The translations under genes were made by a program, and so were the position numbers. A DNA stretch of 64,000 nucleotides from positions 1-64,000 of the forward strand of contig CBDCCS010000019.1 of assembly GCA_965214935.1 (NCBI GenBank), written 5' to 3'. This document shows positions 62,376-64,000 of this stretch, one piece after another. Origin of the DNA: Candidatus Velthaea sp. GTDB lineage: Bacteria > Vulcanimicrobiota > Vulcanimicrobiia > Vulcanimicrobiales > Vulcanimicrobiaceae. The notes beneath the pieces are model-generated. The model searched no databases and had not been told where the DNA came from. It saw only the letters and a program-made list of their open reading frames with translations. Positions within the stretch are counted from its first letter, which is position 1. Every line of letters starts with the position of its first letter.

Positions 62376-62889
62376 TAACCGTGCTCCCGTTTTTGCGGAC
62401 AAGCGTGTCGACGGTCGCGCCGACAAGCCGCGCATTCGTCGCCGAATCGATCCGCGTGGCCGCCTTGACGCGAGCCGCTTCGAGTGCGCGCCCGATGAAC
62501 TCGGCGCGAAGTTGCGCCTGTGCCGCCGCGCGCCCGCGCGCAAGTTCGCCTTCCGCCGTCGCCACGGCTCGTTCGGCGTCCGCCTGAGCCTCTGCCAGCA
62601 GCCGGGCACTTTCGCGGCTCGCGTCGGCCCGCGCACGGGCACCGATCGCCGCCGCGTCGCGATCGGCCGCTTCGAGTTCGGCCCGCGCCGTCACGACGTC
62701 GGCCTTGAGGGCTTCGCGGTGCTGCTCGGCCGCAACGAGATCGGCGTTCCGCGCAACTTGATTTGCGCGCACGGCCGGTAAAACGTATTTACGAAACAAC
62801 AGCACGGCGACGACGACGAACGCCAAACCGCCGACGATCTCGCTCCATTGCGCGAGCTGATCGTAAAAGGTCGGAGCGGTACCTGCCAT
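62365..62889 (-). CDS. atpF: ATP synthase subunit b
   Basis: TM plus Ala/Glu-rich coiled coil; operon position. Confidence 0.85.
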   Translation of the reverse strand: MAGTAPTFYDQLAQWSEIVGGLAFVVVAVLLFRKYVLPAVRANQVARNADLVAAEQHREALKADVVTARAELEAADRDAAAIGARARADASRESARLLAEAQADAERAVATAEGELARGRAAAQAQLRAEFIGRALEAARVKAATRIDSATNARLVGATVDTLVRKNGSTVNGK

Positions 62890-62905
62890 CAACAAACGCC
62901 CTCGC

Positions 62906-63334
62906 TCATGCCGCAGAGCCGATCGCGCGCGCAAGCAAATCGTCGGCCAAGCTTGCCACGATGCGCTCTTCGTCCGAACGCGCGGCGGCAATCTCGCGTT
63001 CGACTTGCGCGCGTGCATCTTCGACGAGCGACGCCGCGCGCGCGGCGTACTGCCCGGTCGTCTCCGCCGCGCGCGCCTGCGCTTCGGTGCGGGCCTGCGC
63101 CATAACGGCATCCGCATCGCGCCGTGCTGCGGCGCGCCGCTCCTCCGCTTGCTTCTGCAGCGCGCTGATGTCCGAACCGTACTGCTTGATATCGCTCGTA
63201 ACACTATTGATGTACGCGCGGCGCTTCGCAATCGCCGAACCCACGGGCTTGAGAAAGATCGCGTTGAGCACGACGAGGAACACCAGAAAATTGATCAATT
63301 GGACGACGAGCGTCCCATCGAGCGAGAGCAACAT
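62906..63334 (-). CDS. ATP synthase subunit b'
   Basis: DGTLVVQLINFLVFLVVLNAIFLKP plus coiled coil. Confidence 0.88.
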   Translation of the reverse strand: MLLSLDGTLVVQLINFLVFLVVLNAIFLKPVGSAIAKRRAYINSVTSDIKQYGSDISALQKQAEERRAAARRDADAVMAQARTEAQARAAETTGQYAARAASLVEDARAQVEREIAAARSDEERIVASLADDLLARAIGSAA

Positions 63335-63422
63335 GAGCTACGCTACCGCATCCCGGGCAACATCCGGCAGGCCGGGCAGCGTCCAACGCAGCGACACGTT
63401 GGTCCGCAAACGGCGCGCCATG

Positions 63423-63710
63423 TTAGTGGACGTTTTTAAGCAGCGTCGAGACCAGACCCGGCACGTTCGCTACGACGAAAAACAGATAGAATCCGAGCAC
63501 GAGTGCGATGATCGGGAACGCTTCCAAGATACCGACGCCGAGGAAGAAGAATGTAAAAATGTTACCGCGCGCTTCCGGTTGGCGAGCGATGGCTTCAACG
63601 GCCTTCGATGCGACGATACCGTCACCGATAGCTGAACCAATGGCCACGCCGAAGACGATCAGCGCAAAGCCGAGGATGAGGACGGCAACGATCAGGCTCT
63701 CAGAGCTCAC
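63423..63710 (-). CDS. atpE: ATP synthase subunit c
   Basis: ARQPE loop, conserved Glu in ILEAF; GTG start after GAAAGG. Confidence 0.96.
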   Translation of the reverse strand: MSSESLIVAVLILGFALIVFGVAIGSAIGDGIVASKAVEAIARQPEARGNIFTFFFLGVGILEAFPIIALVLGFYLFFVVANVPGLVSTLLKNVH

Positions 63711-63782
63711 GGGATGACCTTTCTGTGATCTTGCCGGCAACGCCGGCAGGTGAATCGACGAGGACGCTCGAGCCGCGCGCGG

Positions 63783-64000
63783 CTAGTGGCCTTCCTCGGT
63801 AATGGCAAGCGATAAGTACACGATGGTGAGCAACGTAAAAACGAATGCTTGAATCGTGCCGATGAAAAAGTTGAAGAACTCAACGCCGAACGGGACGACC
63901 GCGGCCGGGATCGACAGATGTAACCAGCCGATCGTCACGTTCGCCGCGATGATCGTCGCGACCACGAATAAGAGCAGATCGCCGGCCAGAATGTTGAACG
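63783..64000 (-). CDS. atpB: ATP synthase subunit a (3' part, cut by the window edge)
   Basis: NILAG, IQAFVFTLLTIVY. Confidence 0.95.
   Translation of the reverse strand, partial: FNILAGDLLLFVVATIIAANVTIGWLHLSIPAAVVPFGVEFFNFFIGTIQAFVFTLLTIVYLSLAITEEGH

Noticed and set aside
63423..63710. Na+-translocating ATP synthase
   Set aside because: Subunit c has Glu-Ala rather than the Glu-Ser/Thr Na+ signature, consistent with H+ coupling

Overview
GC-rich bacterial chromosome segment. The mix of Firmicutes-like genes (sigB partner-switch operon, ytxG/ytxH, ysnF-like) with LptA- and TonB-like envelope proteins and many Pro/Thr-rich lipoproteins suggests a diderm Terrabacteria lineage such as Eremiobacterota (inference only). 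Core content, left to right: tRNA-Leu(CAG), efflux MFS/TetR genes, PPi-dependent PFK, a split Ku/LigD NHEJ operon, two GT-C-like membrane glycosyltransferases, serA plus a phosphatase, alaS, an 8-gene sugar/polyol catabolic locus with a perfect 25-bp operator, mscL, ytxG-ytxH-rsbV-rsbW-sigB, iscS, rarA, mreB, murA, a gluconate locus and most of the F1Fo ATP synthase operon. An accessory island of about 10.5 kb (about 21.4-31.9 kb) starts with a 34-bp loxP-like palindrome and a Cre-type recombinase, followed by a UDG-superfamily gene and a HEPN/AbiU2-like gene (candidate anti-phage module), a decayed IS21 and frameshifted secreted-protein genes. Other notable signals: a highly structured ~360-bp spacer between atpG and atpD where the synonymous-site strand skew flips, and apparent non-canonical starts (ATC for mreB, CTG for a ROK kinase and possibly ligD). 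All family calls come from motif recognition by eye; no searches were run.
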